From contig OZ360220.1 in NCBI GenBank assembly GCA_977017645.1, positions 317,688,001 through 317,752,000 on the forward strand: a DNA stretch of 64,000 bases, in the 5' to 3' direction. Within the stretch, counting starts at the first letter, position 1. Every line of letters begins with the position of its first letter. The notes under the pieces were generated by a model. The model was not told the origin of the DNA, made no database searches, and worked only from the letters and a program-made list of their open reading frames with translations. Shown piece after piece: positions 25,541 through 38,153 of the stretch. This stretch comes from Torpedo marmorata (taxonomy: Eukaryota). A program made the position numbers and the translations under genes.

Positions 25541-26777
25541 ACAATAGTTCTGTGTCATTTGGGAATGGTCATCAATCTGAAACATGAAAGCTGCTTTTCT
25601 CTATTAATGTTGCAGGAGCTGTAAAGTATTTCTCATGTTTTTTTTTACTTTATTGAGTAATAAAGTCATGGTTAGTTATTAATTTTATGGTAAAGGATCT
25701 GTGGATGAGTGAAGTGATCATAATATAATGGAATTTGATATTAAGCTTGATTGATATTGATATGCACAAAGCTAATAGGTTAATTTTATTAAAGCTGGTG
25801 AGTGAGATAAGAAGAGCAAATTGCCTGAGGTCTTTGGAAAATTGAATTTGAAATGTGGTGGAATTTATGTTATGCAAACAATTAACAATAATTAATCATT
25901 CTTAATGAATGTTTCCTTAAAGAACCCAAACTCCAGTGGGAACATGTTAAATAAAAAAGGTTCAGGATATAAATAGATACAAGGTGGATGCTTAGAATGT
26001 TGCTAGAAATGTAATGTATGCCAGAGTAGCGTTTTAAAAATCATCAGCAAATAACCAAAAAAAGACTAAAAATCATGGGCGGTAGAGTTAGCCTAGCGGT
26101 TAGCGCAATACTATTACAGCGCCACTAATGCGGGTTAGAATACGGCGTTGTTCGTAAGGAGTTTGTACGTTCTCTTTTCTTTTTCAATCTTTTTATTAAT
26201 CATATTATAGGTAAACAATACATGAGGGGAGTAGGAGTACATAATCAAGAAGAAAAAAAAATCACTATATGACATCATATGATATAACATATTGCATTAC
26301 ACCACAATTAACGAATATGTTCTCAACTCCTCAAACTGAAATCTTCAAAAAAAAAATGAGGTTTTTATTTTATTATATAAAACCCCACCTAATCTAAAAA
26401 AAAGACTGGGCAGCCTATCCTGAGAATTTATTAATAAAATTAATCGTCTGGTCTTCACCAACAAAGAGAAAGAAAATAAAATTAAATATAATCCGGAAGG
26501 GAAAATAATTATACTAACTAGGTCATGTGGAAATAAGTCACCAAGTCTCTTCAAATTTAACAGAAGTATCAAATGTACGACTCCTAACTTTCTCTAAACT
26601 TAAACATGATATAATTTGAGAGAACCATTGAGTCAAAGTAGGTGAATTAGAATCTTTCCATTTAAATAAAATAGCTCTTCTAGCCAACAATGTAGAAAAG
26701 GCTACAACCCGATGTGTGGAAGTGGGAACTCGTCCCACTTCTGAAATTATAATTCCAAAAAGAGCAGTCAATGGGTT

Positions 26778-27752
26778 AGGAAACAACGTCTCCTCCTCAC
26801 TGATTATCAACACAGGCGCACCCCAAGGATGCGTGCTTAGTTCACTGCTCTACTCGTTATACACTCATGACTGTGTGGCCAGGCACAATTCCAATGCCAT
26901 ATACAAGTTTGCCGATGACACCACAGTTGTCGGCAGAATCACAAACGCCAATGAGGAAGCGTACAGGAGGGAGATAGATCAGCTCGTTGAATGGTGTAAT
27001 GACAACAACCTTGAGCTCAACGTCAGCAAAACCAAGGAGATGATTGTGGACTTCAGGAGGAAGTCAGGGGAACACAACCCAGTCCTCATCGAGGGCTCAG
27101 TAGTGGAGAGGGTCAAGAACTTCAAATTCCTGGGTGTCAACATCTCCGAGGATCTGTCCTGGAGCATCCATGTGGATGCAATCACAAAGAAGGCTCGTCA
27201 GCGGCTATACTTTGTGAGACGATTGCGGAGATTCGGTATGTCGCCAAAGACTCTCGTGAACTTCTACAGGTGTAACGTGGAGAGCATTCTAGCTGGTTGC
27301 ATCATTGCCTGGTATGGTGGCGCCAACTCCAAGGACAAGAGCAAACTCCAGAAGGTTGTTAACTCGGCCTGTGACATCACGGGCACCAAACTTCACTCCA
27401 TCGAGGACATCTACATGAGGCGATGTCTTAATAAAGCAGCCTCTATCCTCAAGGACCCCCACCACCCAGGCCATGCCCTCTTCACGCTGCTTCCATCGGG
27501 GAAAAGGTACAGGAGCCTAAAGACGAGCACTCAACGGCACAAGGTCAGCTTCTTCCCCGCTGCCATCAGATTCCTGAACAATCAATGAACCAAAGACACT
27601 AGTGCACTATTGTTTATAATTTTTTTTTATATAGTAATGTCGTTACAATGGTTAATATGAATGTTAATTGCACTATGATGCTGCCGCAAAGCACCGAATT
27701 TCATGACTTGTTCATGACAATAAATTCTGATTCTGATTCTGATTCTGATTCT
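26778..27752 (+). mobile_element. Rex1/Babar-like LINE, 5'-truncated
   Basis: TGAPQGCVLS, KFADDTT, LLPSGKRYRS; (attctg)n tail. Confidence 0.9.
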
Positions 27753-28823
27753 GAAACTAATATCCAGTATAGCTGACAAAGTCTTAAAAATATCTATCCA
27801 ATACCTCTCCAACATAGGGCATGACCAAAACATATGAGTTAGAGAAGCCACTTCTGATTTACATCACAAATAGGACTAACATTGGAAAAAATACCGGCCA
27901 ATTTGTCTTTCGACATATGAGACCGATTTACCACTTTAAACTGAATCAAAGAATGTCGAGCACATATTGAAGAGGTATTAACCAATCCAAAAATCTTCTC
28001 CCATGATTCCTCTGGAAGATGTAACTGAAGTTCCTCTTCCTAGGCCCTTTTAATTTTGTCATTAGAATTTGATTGCAATCTTAATAACTTATTATAAATA
28101 TTACCTATTAAACCCTTATGAGAAGGATTCAAATGAAAAAAAGTATCAATCAAATCTGGTTGGTACAATGTTGGGAAGGTAGGCAGTAAAGTATTCAGAA
28201 AATTTCTAATTTGGAAGTATCTAAAAAAATGTGACTTAGGCATATTATATTTATTGGATAATTGTTCAAAATACATTAAGCTACCATCTATAAACAAATC
28301 TGAAAAAGAGACGATTCCTTTAATCTTCCAAAGAGAGAAGGCTTGATCAATTACAGACGGTTGAAAAAAATAATTAAGAGAAATGGTACTCAATAAAATA
28401 AAATTTTTCAAATCAAAGGACTTCCAAAATTGAAACCAAATCCGTAATGTATGTTTAAGTATTGGGTTGAAGGTATGCCTACTAATCTTGGAAAGTGTAA
28501 AAGGAAGAGCTGCACCCAATAAAGAGGCTACTGAATATCTCTGCACGGAATTCAATTCCAAATCTACCCAATAAGGGCGTTCAAATTTATCAGAATAGTA
28601 GATCCAGAAAATAATATAGCAGATATTAACTGCCCAATAATAGAGTTTAAGATTAGGTAAAGACATACCACCATCTTTCTTTAATTTCTGCAGATGGAAT
28701 TTACTCAATCTGGCATTCTTTTTATTCCAAATATATTTTAGAGTCAATATTATCAAAAAAGGATTTTGGAATAAAAACTGGAACTGCTTGAAATAAATAC
28801 AAAAATTTAGTTAAGATTATCAT

Positions 28824-31800
28824 TTAAAAAAAATATATTGTATTTAAAATTTTAAATCACAAAATACATAGAATAAAATATAAAATTATCAAAAATACTT
28901 GTGATAAATTTTCAACCCCCCCTCCTACCCTCCCCTCCCCAACCCTCCCAACCCCACTAATCTAATAAAATAATAAAAAAAAAGGAAGAAATAGAAAAGA
29001 AAAAGATAAGGTAAGGAGAATGTCAATCTAATAAATACATCTATAAACTAATTCTATTATGGAGGTTAGGTAGCCAGTAGATCCAATGTCCAGAGATCTT
29101 CAAATCCTTAAGCCAACAACTTTCATATAAGGGCTCCATATTTTTAAAAAGAAATGATATTTATTCTGTAAGTTATAAGTAATTTTTTCAAGTGGTATAC
29201 ATGAACGAAGTTCTGCATGCCATCTTTCTAACCCTAAATCAACATCAGATTTCCAAGTAATAGCAATGCATTTCCTTGAAACAGCTAAAGCAATTCGCAA
29301 AAATTCTATTTGATACATATTTAATTTCATCTTAATACTAAATTTTTTAATATCTCCAAACAAAAATATCATAGGATCCATCGGGAATATAATCTTAAAT
29401 ACTTTATCTAAAACTTTTTTTAACTTTGAACCAAAAATCGTAGACTTTTGGACAAAACCATGTAGAATGTACAAAACAACCTTCCTCTTTATTACATCTG
29501 AAACATAAACCTGATAATATCAGGTTAAATTTCTTTAATTTTTTAGGTGTTAAATATAATTGATGAAAAAAATTGTATTGTACTAATCTATATCTAACAT
29601 TAATAATCTTGGTCATACTTAATTTACACAATTCTTTCCAATGATTTTCATCTATTGTTACGTTCAAATCTAATTCCCAATTTAATCTTGATTTATGAAT
29701 TCCTACTTTAGGGATTTTCCTCTGAAACAATTTATACATTTGAGAAATAAATTTGTTTACATCTCCTTTAGTAACTAATAATTCTAATTCATTCTGTCTT
29801 GGTAAAATCAAAGCATAACTTAATTTCTCAATCAGAAAAGCTCTAATTTGATAATAAGCAAAAAGTGTATTATCTAATATATTAAATTTATCTTTCATTC
29901 TTTGAAAAGTAATAAATTTCCCAGCTTCAAAACAATTATTTATTTTCTTAATTCCTTTTTGAAACCAAATTTTAAATAATTGATTATTAATAGTAAATGG
30001 AATAAGTCCATTTTGATATAAAGGCATCCTTGAAGAAATCAATCCTTTTCCTCCTATTTCCTTATCCGTCTTATTCCATATTTCTAATAAATGTTTAAGA
30101 ATAGGAGAATTTTTCTTTCTTGTTGATATTAATTTAGAATCCCATTTATAAATAACTTCTTCTTTGGAATCTTCTCCTATATTGTCTGTCAGGTTGGAGG
30201 CCGGTGACCAGCGGTGTGCCTCAGGGATCTGTATTGGGCCCATTGTTGTTCGTTATATACATTAATGATCTAGATGATGGGGTGGTGAACTAGATTAGTA
30301 AATATGCAGACGATACTAAGATAGGTGGAATAGTGGATAATGAAGAAGGTTTTCAAGGATTGCAGAGGGATTTGGGCTGCTTAGAAAAGTGGGCTGAAAA
30401 ATGGCAAATGGAGTTTAATGCTGATAAGTGTGAGGTGCTTCATTTTGGTAAGAAGAATCAGAACAGGACATACGTAGTATATGGGAGAGCATTGATGAAT
30501 ACAGAAGAGCAGAAAGATTTAGGAATAACGGTGCATCGTTCCCTGAAGGTAGAAACTCATGTGAATAGGGTGATGAAGAAGGCTTTTAGTATGCTGGCCT
30601 TTATCAATCATTGCATAGAATATAGGAGTTGGGAAGTGATGTTGAGATTATATAAGGCGTTGGTGCGGCCTAGTTTAGAGTTCTGTGTGCAGTTCTGGTC
30701 GCCAAATTATAGGAAGGATATCAACAGAGTGGAGAGAGTGCAGAGAAGATTTACCAGAATGTTACCCGGGTTTAAGCATCGAGAGTACAAGGAGAGATTG
30801 AGCAGATTAGGTCTTTATTCTTTGGAGCGTAGAAGGTTGAGAGGGGATTTGATAGAGGTATTTAAGATTATGAAAGGGATAGACAGAGTGGATGTGGATA
30901 GACTATTTCCATTAAGAATAGGAGAGATTGAAACAAGAGGACATGAGTTAAGAGTTAAGGGGCAGAGGTTTAGAGGTAACATGAGGGGGAACTTCTTTAC
31001 TCAGAGAGTGGTAGCGGTGTGGAATGAGCTTCCGGGAGAAGTAGTGGCGGCAGAGTCAATTTTATTATTTAAGAAAAAGTTGGACAGGTATATGGATGAG
31101 AAGGAGGTGGAGGGTTATGGGCAGGGTGCAGGTAGGTGGGACTAGAAGAGTGTTTGGTTCGGTGCGGACTAGAAGGGCCTAATGGCCTGTTTCCGTGCTG
31201 TAATTGTTATATGGTTATTATATGGTTATATTATTTAGTTCTATTTTAATCCAAGCAGAAGATTTAGTTGAATCAAAAAATTCATTAACAAATTTTAATT
31301 GAGCTGCTTTATAATAATTTTGGAAATTAGGAAGTTGTAAACCACCCATTTCATAATTCCAAGTTAATTTTTCCATACCTACTCTTGCTATCATTCCTTT
31401 CCATAAAAAATTTCTAATAATTGAATTTAAATCTTTGAAAAATAGTTGAGGAATTTCATAAGGAATTGATTGAAAGAGATATTGAATTCTTGGAAAAACA
31501 TTCATTTTAATACAATTTACTCTTCCCATTAAAGTTATCGGTAAATCTTTCCAATTTTCTAAATCCTTTTTTATTTTCACAAATAATGGTAAATAATTTA
31601 ATTTATATAAATTAGCCAATTTTGTGTCAATCCTTATTCCCAAATATTTAATTCCTTCCTTTGCCCATTTAAATTGTGTAATTTCTTTACATTTACTATA
31701 ATCCCCTTGTGATAATGCCATAATTTCACTTTTATCAGAATTAATTTTATATCCAGATATTTCCCCATATTCTCTCAATAACGCAGACAGTTGTACTAAA

Positions 31801-32033
31801 GATGTAGTAGATTTTGTCATATATATCAATACATCATCTGCAAATAAACTAATTTTATGTTCTTCCATTCCAACTTTAATACCAACTATTTTAGGATCTT
31901 TTCTAACTAATTCTGCCAAAGGTTCTATCGCCAAAATAAATAACGCTGGTGACAAAGGACATCCTTGTCTAGTAGATCGAGTCAAAGGAAATCTTGAAGA
32001 AATCTGTCCATTTGTAACCACTTTGGCAGATGG
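28824..32033 (-). mobile_element. L1 family A inserted in L1 family B
   Basis: ORFs 31218-32021, 29404-30183, 29100-29474; TSD aagattatcat at 28813-28823 and 32034-32044. Confidence 0.92.
30184..31227 (+). mobile_element. CR1 3' fragment inserted in L1
   Basis: 270-aa ORF nearly identical to the C-terminal part of the 11909-13711 copy; (ttatatgg)n tail; tatatt at the junctions. Confidence 0.92.
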
Positions 32034-32217
32034 AAGATTATCATCTTAATAACATTAATACGACCTATTAAAGATAAAGCCAATGGAGACCATTTAGAAA
32101 GAGATTGTTTCACATAGTCTATAAAAGGAAGAAAGTTACATTTATATAGATCTTTAAATGTTTTGGTAATTTTAACCCCAAGATAGGTAAAATGATCTTT
32201 ACCCACTCTAAAAGGTA

Positions 32218-32310
32218 AAAAACAGAAAAGCTGGAGAACTCAGCAGGTCAAACAGTGTCTTTTATGTAGCAAAGGTAGAAATACATAACCGACGTTTCAG
32301 GCTTGAGCCC
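32218..32310 (-). mobile_element. Penelope-like terminal fragment
   Basis: reverse complement reads gggctcaagcctgaaacgtc...gacctgctgagttctccagc. Confidence 0.7.
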
Positions 32311-32764
32311 AACTCGCTCTTTTAAAGATTCAACTTATATCCAGAGAAACTACCAAATTGGGAAAGCAAAGACAACATTGGAGGAATAGATTTCTCAGGA
32401 TCTGAAATATATACTAAAAAATCATGTGATTATAAACAGGTACATGCATGTTTATTGGGAATAACTCGCTCTTTTAAAGATTCAACTTATATCCAGAGAA
32501 ACTACCAAATTGGGAAAGCAAAGACAACATTGGAGGAATATATTTCTCAGGATCTGAAATATATACTAAAAAATCATCTGCATATAAAGATACTTTGTGA
32601 ATTCCATCTCCTCTATTAATTCCCTGAATATCACTAAAATCCCAAAGTGCTATTGCAAGGGATTCCAAAGCTAAATTAAATAATAAAGGGCTAAGAGGAC
32701 AACCCTGTCTAGTTCCTTGAAATAACCTAAAAAGTGAAGATTTTTGATTATTTGTAATTACAGC

Positions 32765-34684
32765 ATTCGGCAACGCCATGGAAGCTCTGGCAAAGGCAAC
32801 AACGCTGGTACATCCACGAGCCAACGCACCAACAGCTCTCACGGTCGACTCATCAGGCACAGCCGTGAGCGGAGTGCTGGAGCAAGTGATCAATGGTAGC
32901 TGGCAGCCCCTCGCCTTTTTCAGTCGCCACCTGAGACTGCCCGAACAGAGATACAGCGCTTTCGACCGGGAGCTCCTCACTCTCTACCTCGCCATCCGAT
33001 ATTTCTGCTATTTCACAGCTTTCATGGACCACAAACCAGTCACGTTTGCCTTTGCCAAAGTGCCTGATCCTTGTTCAGCCCGACAGCAGCGCCACCTGAC
33101 CTACATCTCAGAATACACGACTTGCGTCCAGCACATCTCAGGCAAGAGCAACCAGGTCGCAGATGCGTTGGCCCGCACGACCATCAATGCCATCCACGCT
33201 CTGGCCCCAGGTGTCGACTACACGGCCGTGGCGGCCGCTCAACGAAATGATGAAGAGATGCTCGCCTACCACACTGCCATCTCAGGCCTAAAGTTGTAGG
33301 ATGTGAGATTCGGACCCGCTGACACCACACTCCTCTGCGACGCGTCTACGGGACAGCCAAGACCCATCATCCCCGCTACTTGGCGCCGCTGGATTTTCGA
33401 CATGGTTCACGGCCAAGCTCATCCTTCCATCCAGGCAACGAAGGAACTTATGGCAGCCAAATTCATGTGGCATGGGTTGCTCAAACAGGTCGGCAACTGG
33501 GCCAGAGAGTGCATCCCCTGTCAAACCTCCAAGATTCAGAGACACATCAAGGCGCCTCTGCAGACATTCACCCTGACACACCAGCGTTTCGACCACATCC
33601 ACGTCGACATCGTTGGACTGCTGCCCCCATCCAAGGTGTCACCCACCTCTTCACCATTGTTGACAGATTCACAAGGTGGCCGGAGGCCATCCCGCTCTTG
33701 GATACCTCCACTGTGACGTGTGCGCGTGCCCTCATCGCCCACTGGATCATTCGCTTTGGCGTGCCGGCGGACATCTCCTCTGACAGAGGTGCGCAGTTCA
33801 CCTCCGAGCTGTGGTCAGCAATGGCGCGGCTGCTTGGCACTAATCTGCACCACACAATGGCCTACCACCTGCAATCAAACGGCATAGTGGAACGCTTTCA
33901 CCGGCACATGAAGGCATCCCTCAAAGCTCGGCTCACGGGCCCAAACTGGATGGACGAATTGCTGTGGGTCATGCTAGGTATACGCACTGCCCCCAAGGAG
34001 GACCTGGCAACTTCCTCGGCCAAGCTGGTGTACGGTGCCCCGCTTACGGTCCCAGGGGTCTTCATCCCGGCGGCGCGTGCACATCAAGAAACTCCCGCGA
34101 CCATGCTGACGTGCCTCCGTGAGAAGGTGGGCATGCTTTCTCCAGTCCCAACGTCCCGACACGGTCTCACAGCCACGTACATCCCACCCGACCTCAAGGA
34201 CTGCCAGTACGTTTTCCTTCGCCGAGATTCTCACCGTACACCTCTGCAAAAGCCTTACGAGGGACCCTTCAGAGTACTGCAAAACGACGCCATGGCTTTC
34301 ATCATTGACATGGGTGGCAGACACGAGACGGTCTCTGTGGACCGTCTTAAGCCGGCACACTTGGACATTGACCAACCAGTGCAGGTGGCACAACCCCGCC
34401 GCAGAGGGCGTCCACCCTCACGACTAAACCCGCCCTCAACTCAACCAGCTGCAACCCCGAACACAGGAGACACATGCACAAGATCAGGCCGCCTAGAGTA
34501 CTGGCTCTTATCTGAGAGTGCAGCTGACTCGACGCACGGGACCATAGCACGGGACCATAGCACGTCTTCTTGACTTTTGCGGCCAGCAAGTTAAAGCGTC
34601 CCTTGTCCGTTGACGGTTTTATTAAGCTGTAATGTTAACCATTAAACTCAGTGTTTAGACAAAACGCGAACGACCTCAGCTTCA
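32765..34684 (+). mobile_element. Gypsy 3' part (RNase H, integrase, probable partial LTR)
   Basis: QPLAFFSR, YSAFDRELL, DHKP, SDRGAQFTSELW, VERFHR, PYEGPF; standard RH-IN order. Confidence 0.9.
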
Positions 34685-36959
34685 TAAAATGTCCGTGGCA
34701 AGGTTCTAAAAAGATTAGAATCACTAAATACCTTACAAAGTCGGGGGGTAAGTATATTAGCAAAACATTTTTAAAAATTCAGCGGTATAACCATCCGGGC
34801 CTGGTGCTTTGCCAGACTAAATGGAGGAAATTGCTTTAAAAATTTCCATCTCTGAAATTGGAGCTTCCAATAAAAGTTGATCATTAGGAGAAATTTTAGG
34901 GATATTCAACCGTTGCAGGAATCTATCCATAGAGATAGAATTATCGGGAAACTCATATTTATATAAATCAGAATAGAATTCCTGAAATGTCATTAATTTC
35001 AACATGATCAAACACAATGCTACCATCTTTTTTACGAATTTTAGTCATCCGTCTTTTGGCCATAGCTGATTTTAATTGACTAGCTAACAATTTACCTGAT
35101 TTATCCCCATGTACATAAAACTGGCTTTTAAGTTTAAGGAGTTGGCTTTCAATAGAGTATGTTAAAAGTAAATCATGTTGTGTTTGAAGTTCTACCCTTT
35201 CCTTATAAAGATCAGAATTAGGCATCCTTGAATATACTTTATCAATTTCTTTAATCCTATTATTCAGTAGCAATACTTCTTCCCTTGTACGTTTTCTTAG
35301 CCCAGCTGAATAGTAAATTATTTGTCCCCTAAGGTATGCCTTAAACATATCCCAGACAGTTAAACTCGACATTTCCTCAGTTAAATTCGTTAAGAAAAAA
35401 TAAGAAATTTGTTCCTTAATAAATTTTTCATCTTGAAGTAAGGTCGAATTAAACCGCCACTGCTGGGCTCTGGAAGTAACATCAGAGAGTGTAAAAGAGA
35501 GTTTCAAAGGCGCATGATCAGAAACAGCAATTGCGCTGTAGGCACAATCCGTTACCGAGGGAACTAATCGATTATCAACAAAGAAATAATCAATCCTAGA
35601 ATATTGATGATAAATGTGTGAAAAAAAAAAGAAAACTCTATCATTTGGGTGTAAAAAATGCCAAATATCAACAAGTCCATAATCTAACAAAAAAGAATTG
35701 ATAAAGGTAGCAGATTTATTAGGCAACATCGGATTTGAAGAAGATCTGTCGATTAATGGGTTAAGGCAGCAGTTTAAGTCTCTGCCCATAAGCAGCATGT
35801 ATTCGTTCAAACTCGGCAGGGAAGCAAACACCCGCCTAAAAAATTCTGGATCATCAACATTCAGAGCATACATATTAATCAAAGCAACCTTCTGATTACA
35901 CAGTGCACCCATAACTATTAAAAATCTAACAGTAGGGTCTGTGATCGTATTAAAATGTACAAAGGGAACATTAGAGCCAATAAAAATCGATACACCTCTA
36001 AATTTAGACTGAGATGAAGAGTGAAATTGCAAACCCTTCCAAAACTTAAAAAAACGATGCTCGTCCTCTTTACGAACTTGTGCAAAAATAAGGAGTTTTT
36101 ACGTTCTCCCTGTGTCTGCATGGGTTTCCTCCAGACGCTGCAGTTTCCTCCCACCCTTCAAAACGAACGGGTATTGTAGGTTAATTGGGGTATTTGGGTG
36201 GCACGGGCTCGTGGGCCAGAAGGGCCTGTTACTGTGCTGCATGTCTATTCAGGTAGTCTTGCGGAGAAAGCAGGTGCTGTTTCCCCATCTGAAGACAACT
36301 TTTTTTTTTAAAGAAACACAAATAAGAATAAATTAGAAAACAAAAAAAGCAGGAAAAAAACAGCTTGGATTGGATTTTGGAGATCAGTAATTGCCACAGG
36401 TTTGGGGAATACAGAAGTCCCAAACTTGTTGGTTAACTCCAGCTGCCTTTCTCCAACATTCATGCCCGGCAATGTGCCCTAAGATCCTGCTCTGTGGAGG
36501 TTGGGTGCAGGGTCCCAAGCCTATTCATTTGGATGGGGATTGTGGGGCTACAACGCAAATAGGTCAATTACATTACCTTTATTATTAATGTTTTCACTTG
36601 TTTAAAAATTTGCAAGTTGAGTTTTCATTTTTATAAGTATTATTTTTAAGTATATCATTTATTTTTATAGTTCTTAAATGTTTCAGATTGGGTCTAACAT
36701 TCAGAAACACAAAACCTTGAGAATTTTGACAACTGGATTTAAGGTTTCTCCTTTTGTAGACCCTGCTGTTGCTAAGGTCATGATTGTGCAGGCTAGGACA
36801 CTTCAGACCTCCAGGATAGGCTTCCCATGTCTAGACCTGCTGAACTCAGGACAGTGGTGATCACAAGTCAGCACTTGCATGAGTTGGTCCAACCCAGCAT
36901 CACTGTGGAATGTAAGAGTAATTAATATTATTATATTAAGTGTAGGAGAAATTAAAAGT

Positions 36960-37690
36960 CAATAAATCACCATGACTTGATGGCCTTCATCATTGGATTT
37001 TAAAAAAGGTGGCTGCAGAGATCAGGAACTTAAATCATCAAGGCATAGAAGAGCACGGACCAAATGCAGGTAAATGGGATTAGCATGGATAAGAACAATA
37101 TGGCGGGTGAAGGATTTGATACAGATACAGCAAGCATTTAGGAAGACCAATGGTATGTCAGATTTATTACAAGGTTGAAACATAAGAATGTTGTTTCTTA
37201 AATAAAACTTGGATATGGCTTTAGGGAGAGGAGGATGATTTATTTTGTACAGTTTTGATCTTGCAACCCAAGGAAAGATACATTATCCTCAGATGGTGTA
37301 ACAACAATTTATGAGATTAATTTCCTGAGGGAGAGGAGAGATTGAGAGAAGGGTACATTGTCTCAGGGGTTTTAAAAGAATAGGAGGTGATCTCAGTGAC
37401 AGGGTAAATTCTCAGATACTGATCGTCATTGCTGAAGACTCAAAACTAATGGTCATACTTAGAGAATGATTGGTTACTTGGACTGAAATAACAAAAAGTG
37501 TCTACTCAGGGTTGTGAATCTTCAGAATTCTCTACTTTACAGGGTATGAAGGGTTAATCAATAGCGTTCTGGATCGTAATAGAATAAAGGAAATCAGGGA
37601 TATGCAAACTTGAGGGAGATGAGGGATATGCTAAATTTTGGAGTAAACTCAAAGAATCATATTATCCATTCCTGTTCCTTTCTTATGCCA
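36960..37690 (+). mobile_element. Highly degenerate CR1 remnants
   Basis: eroded CR1 3' motifs (aggaggtgatctc, gggttgtgaatct). Confidence 0.5.
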
Positions 37691-37867
37691 TCAGAACTCC
37701 TCTAATTTAATCACACAAGTAATTCATTAACAATCCCCTGGAATAACTAAGAAATATTGACAGATTTATTATCTCTCACTGCTGAGTCTTTGATTATGCA
37801 TTCAAATCTGAATGTGCAGTTTAAACCAATCAGGTTGAAATAAGATGACACACCTGTCACCTGCTAT

Positions 37868-38125
37868 GCGGCACGGATGGCGTAGCAGTTAGCGCAACGC
37901 CTTTACAGCACCAGCGATCGGGACCGGACCTGGGTTCGAATCCCGCGCTGTCTGTAAGGAGTTTGTACGTTCTCCCCGTGTCTGCATGGGTTTTCTCCGG
38001 GGGCTCCGGTTTCCTCCCACCTTTCAAAATGTACCGGGGGTGTAGGTTAATGGGGTGTAAATTGGACGGCACGAACTCATAGGGCCGAAATGGCCTGTTA
38101 CAGTGCTGTATGTCTAAATTTTTTT
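37868..38125 (+). mobile_element. tRNA-derived SINE (HE1/V-SINE-like)
   Basis: A box tggcgtagcagtt, B box ggttcgaatcc, core gtttgtacgttctccccgtgtctgc, CR1-like 3' tail. Confidence 0.88.
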
Positions 38126-38153
38126 TTATTTAAAAATTTAAAAAAACTAAATA

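Larger units (their letters stand above)
26175..36088 (-). mobile_element. L1 family B (endonuclease to 3' end) with nested inserts
   Basis: EN ORF 34968-36032 (SRIDYFF, SDHAP); RT pieces at 32474-32760 and 32045-32206; C-terminal pieces at 28040-28756 and 26538-26770; 20-bp TSD taaggagttt(g/t)tacgttctc at 26155-26174 and 36089-36108. Confidence 0.9.
26077..36250 (+). mobile_element. tRNA-derived SINE (HE1/V-SINE-like) split into 26077-26174 and 36089-36250
   Basis: the two halves together match intact copies at 37868 and 58585. Confidence 0.85.

Noticed and set aside
32474-32980. 168-aa chimeric ORF
   Set aside because: Chance read-through from antisense Gypsy sequence into L1 RT across a deletion junction.
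37868-37950. tRNA gene
   Set aside because: The A and B boxes belong to a SINE head present in four copies, each followed by SINE core and tail.
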